Below, piece by piece: positions 62,224-64,000 of a stretch of 64,000 bases of DNA. Location of the stretch: NCBI GenBank assembly GCA_965224025.1, contig OZ245033.1:2272001-2336000 (forward strand). The letters run 5' to 3'. Below the pieces are notes generated by a model, which had not been told where the DNA came from, ran no database searches, and worked only from the letters and a program-made list of their open reading frames with translations. Numbering within the stretch: position 1 is the first letter of the stretch; every line of letters begins with the position of its first letter. The translations under genes and the position numbers were made by a program. The DNA comes from Candidatus Multivorans sp. (GTDB lineage Bacteria > Acidobacteriota > Thermoanaerobaculia > Multivoradales > Multivoraceae).

Positions 62224-64000
62224 CAGTTGTCCGCCAGGGCGTCGGCCTGCAGGCGCGCCCGCGGCGCGACTCTCGGCCCGGCGTCGGACACGAGACGCCC
62301 GCGCTCCGCGACGGCAAGGGTCTCGAAGACGGCCCGGGCGCGTGCCCGGTACTCGTCCCTGCCCTCGTCGCCAAGCATCTGCAGCGCGAGGCCGACCGTG
62401 TACTCCACCGTCTCGCGGCCCAGTCCGCTACGGCCGGGAGCGTCGATCGTGCGCAGGCTGCGGATGGCGTCCGCGGCGTCGCCGCCCGCGAGGAGCAGAG
62501 TGGCGAGATTGAACTCGAGCAGCCAGCGGGGGATGTCGCCTATTCGCTCCAGTTCCTGGAGCAGCCGGGCGGCCGCGGCGGACGGCAGCAGGTCGGGGTC
62601 GAAGACATCGAGCCCCGTCAACCCCCACTCCGGCTCGGCGGTCAGGACGATGACGGTGTCCCGATCCTGGATCTCGAGTTCAACCACGCCGCCGGGTTCC
62701 AGGTTTTCGAGAGCCGCGGTCAACTGAAGGGTCGAGAAAGCGGCCGTGCCGTCGATGGCGATGACTTCCATCCCGGGCCGGAGCCCCGCCTCGTCCGCGG
62801 GGCCGTCGGGTTCGACCGTGGCCACGATGGGCACGCCCGCGTTCAGTGAGTCGATCAGAACGGCGCCGAAGCGCGGCGTCTGGCGGCCGAGGTCTGGATC
62901 GAGGGCGCCGGCGAGACGGAGCAGCGGTCCGTCCTCCAGGCGTCCGCCATCAATCCGCACGGTCCGCACGTCGGGCCGCGCCGGGCCGGGGGCGGCCGGC
63001 CACCACCACAGGTCGACCGCATCGGCGATCAGGTCGTCGTTCAGGACGGCGGCGAAGTAGAGCGCCGCCGGCAGCCTGGCCTGGACCTGCTCCTGGACCC
63101 TGTTCCAGTCCAGTTCCCGGCGAGCGGTTTCCCGGTCGCGCAGAGTCTCCGCATCGATTCCCAGCTCTGCTAGTGCCGCGACACCTTCGGTGGCGCGTCC
63201 GAGGACGCTGTAGGCGCCGGCGCCGCGGAACGACTCGAGCGCCGATTCCATGGCCCGAACGCCGGCCGGATCGTCGCCCAGCACGCCGAGGTAGACGAGC
63301 GCGGGGCGGAGTTCGACCTCGATGGCGACGCGGCGCCGGTCTTCGGCGACCACGGATGTCTCGAAGTAGCCCAGGGCGCCGTGGGTCACCGAGAGGTCGT
63401 AAGCGCCGGGAGGCAGGCGCACCTGAGGCGGCGACTTCGACCAGTCGGGGCGCAGGATCCGGCCGTTGCCGACGACGGTCGCGCCTTCGGCCAGGCCGGT
63501 CAGACTGATGACCGCTTCCTCGCGATCGAGAACGATCGGCGGCAGGTCGTAGTCGCGCAGGTCAGGCAGTTGCAGACTGGTCTCGACGCTCCGGAAGCCG
63601 GCCTTCTCGACTTCGATCCGGTAGCGGCCGGGAGACAGGTCCTCGATCCAGAGTTCCTCCGAGAAGTCCTCGGGCGGATGCTCCGAGGCCGGGCCCTCCG
63701 GCCGGAACCAGGGTTCCGCCTGGCCGGCCGTTCGGCCGCGCTCGATGCCGTCGACCAGCACGGTGGCGCCGGTCGGCGCGGTGCGCAAACGGACGACCGC
63801 GCTGTCGCGCTCCAGCTCGACCTCGACTTCGAGGTCTAGCGCGCCCACGATCGTGAAGGCGGCGGTGGTGGGCAGGAAGCCCGGGCGGGACACGGCGGCC
63901 AAGTAGTCGCCGACCAGCAGGGGACTGGGCTCGGGAGGCTCGAACGGTTCGGGCGCTGGCTCTGCCTCGGCATCCGGGTCGGAGGCCGTGGAGTCGCCGT
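62223..64000 (-). CDS. PEGA- and PDZ-domain protein (5' end outside the window)
   Basis: T.P.GATVLVDG...GRYRIEVEKAGF (PEGA); GPADEAGLRPGMEVIAIDG (PDZ); the frame stays open to the window edge. Confidence 0.8.
   Translation of the reverse strand, partial: GDSTASDPDAEAEPAPEPFEPPEPSPLLVGDYLAAVSRPGFLPTTAAFTIVGALDLEVEVELERDSAVVRLRTAPTGATVLVDGIERGRTAGQAEPWFRPEGPASEHPPEDFSEELWIEDLSPGRYRIEVEKAGFRSVETSLQLPDLRDYDLPPIVLDREEAVISLTGLAEGATVVGNGRILRPDWSKSPPQVRLPPGAYDLSVTHGALGYFETSVVAEDRRRVAIEVELRPALVYLGVLGDDPAGVRAMESALESFRGAGAYSVLGRATEGVAALAELGIDAETLRDRETARRELDWNRVQEQVQARLPAALYFAAVLNDDLIADAVDLWWWPAAPGPARPDVRTVRIDGGRLEDGPLLRLAGALDPDLGRQTPRFGAVLIDSLNAGVPIVATVEPDGPADEAGLRPGMEVIAIDGTAAFSTLQLTAALENLEPGGVVELEIQDRDTVIVLTAEPEWGLTGLDVFDPDLLPSAAAARLLQELERIGDIPRWLLEFNLATLLLAGGDAADAIRSLRTIDAPGRSGLGRETVEYTVGLALQMLGDEGRDEYRARARAVFETLAVAERGRLVSDAGPRVAPRARLQADALADN

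Overview
High-GC bacterial chromosome segment. Gene content (SpoIVB/S55 plus beta-propeller pair, VWA-related remnant, '[15 protein letters not shown]' secreted modules, long-form GreA) suggests Acidobacteriota, which is an inference. The housekeeping backbone comprises a long-form greA-like gene (partial), rodZ, tRNA-Pro(CGG), nfeD-slipin, lnt, prfB with its +1 frameshift, fbaB, lipB-lipA, proline dehydrogenase, proC, recN, tsaC, coaD, korAB, xerD, clpB, cbpA, a ferredoxin and a thiO-like gene. There are two accessory regions. (i) ~14.4-22.7 kb: a Cre-like tyrosine recombinase, three modular secreted proteins and a Uma2 nuclease. (ii) ~43.9-55.3 kb: a defence island with a type II R-M pair and a translationally coupled Dcm / GHKL-ATPase-histidine kinase / receiver-domain operon plus vsr. 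The kinase is interrupted by an intact ISL3 (8-bp TSD), a second C5-MTase survives only as an internally deleted relic, and the cassette is bracketed by a diverged ~380-bp duplicate of the 3' end of a DUF1015 gene. Non-coding structure includes a ~70-bp two-hairpin dispersed element with compensatory base changes (5 full copies, twice nested inside a second REP-like family), a mini-array of copies of the xerD 3' end, HspR/HAIR-like operators before cbpA-clpB, and an 11-bp phased tandem repeat. All family assignments come from motif recognition by eye; no searches were run.
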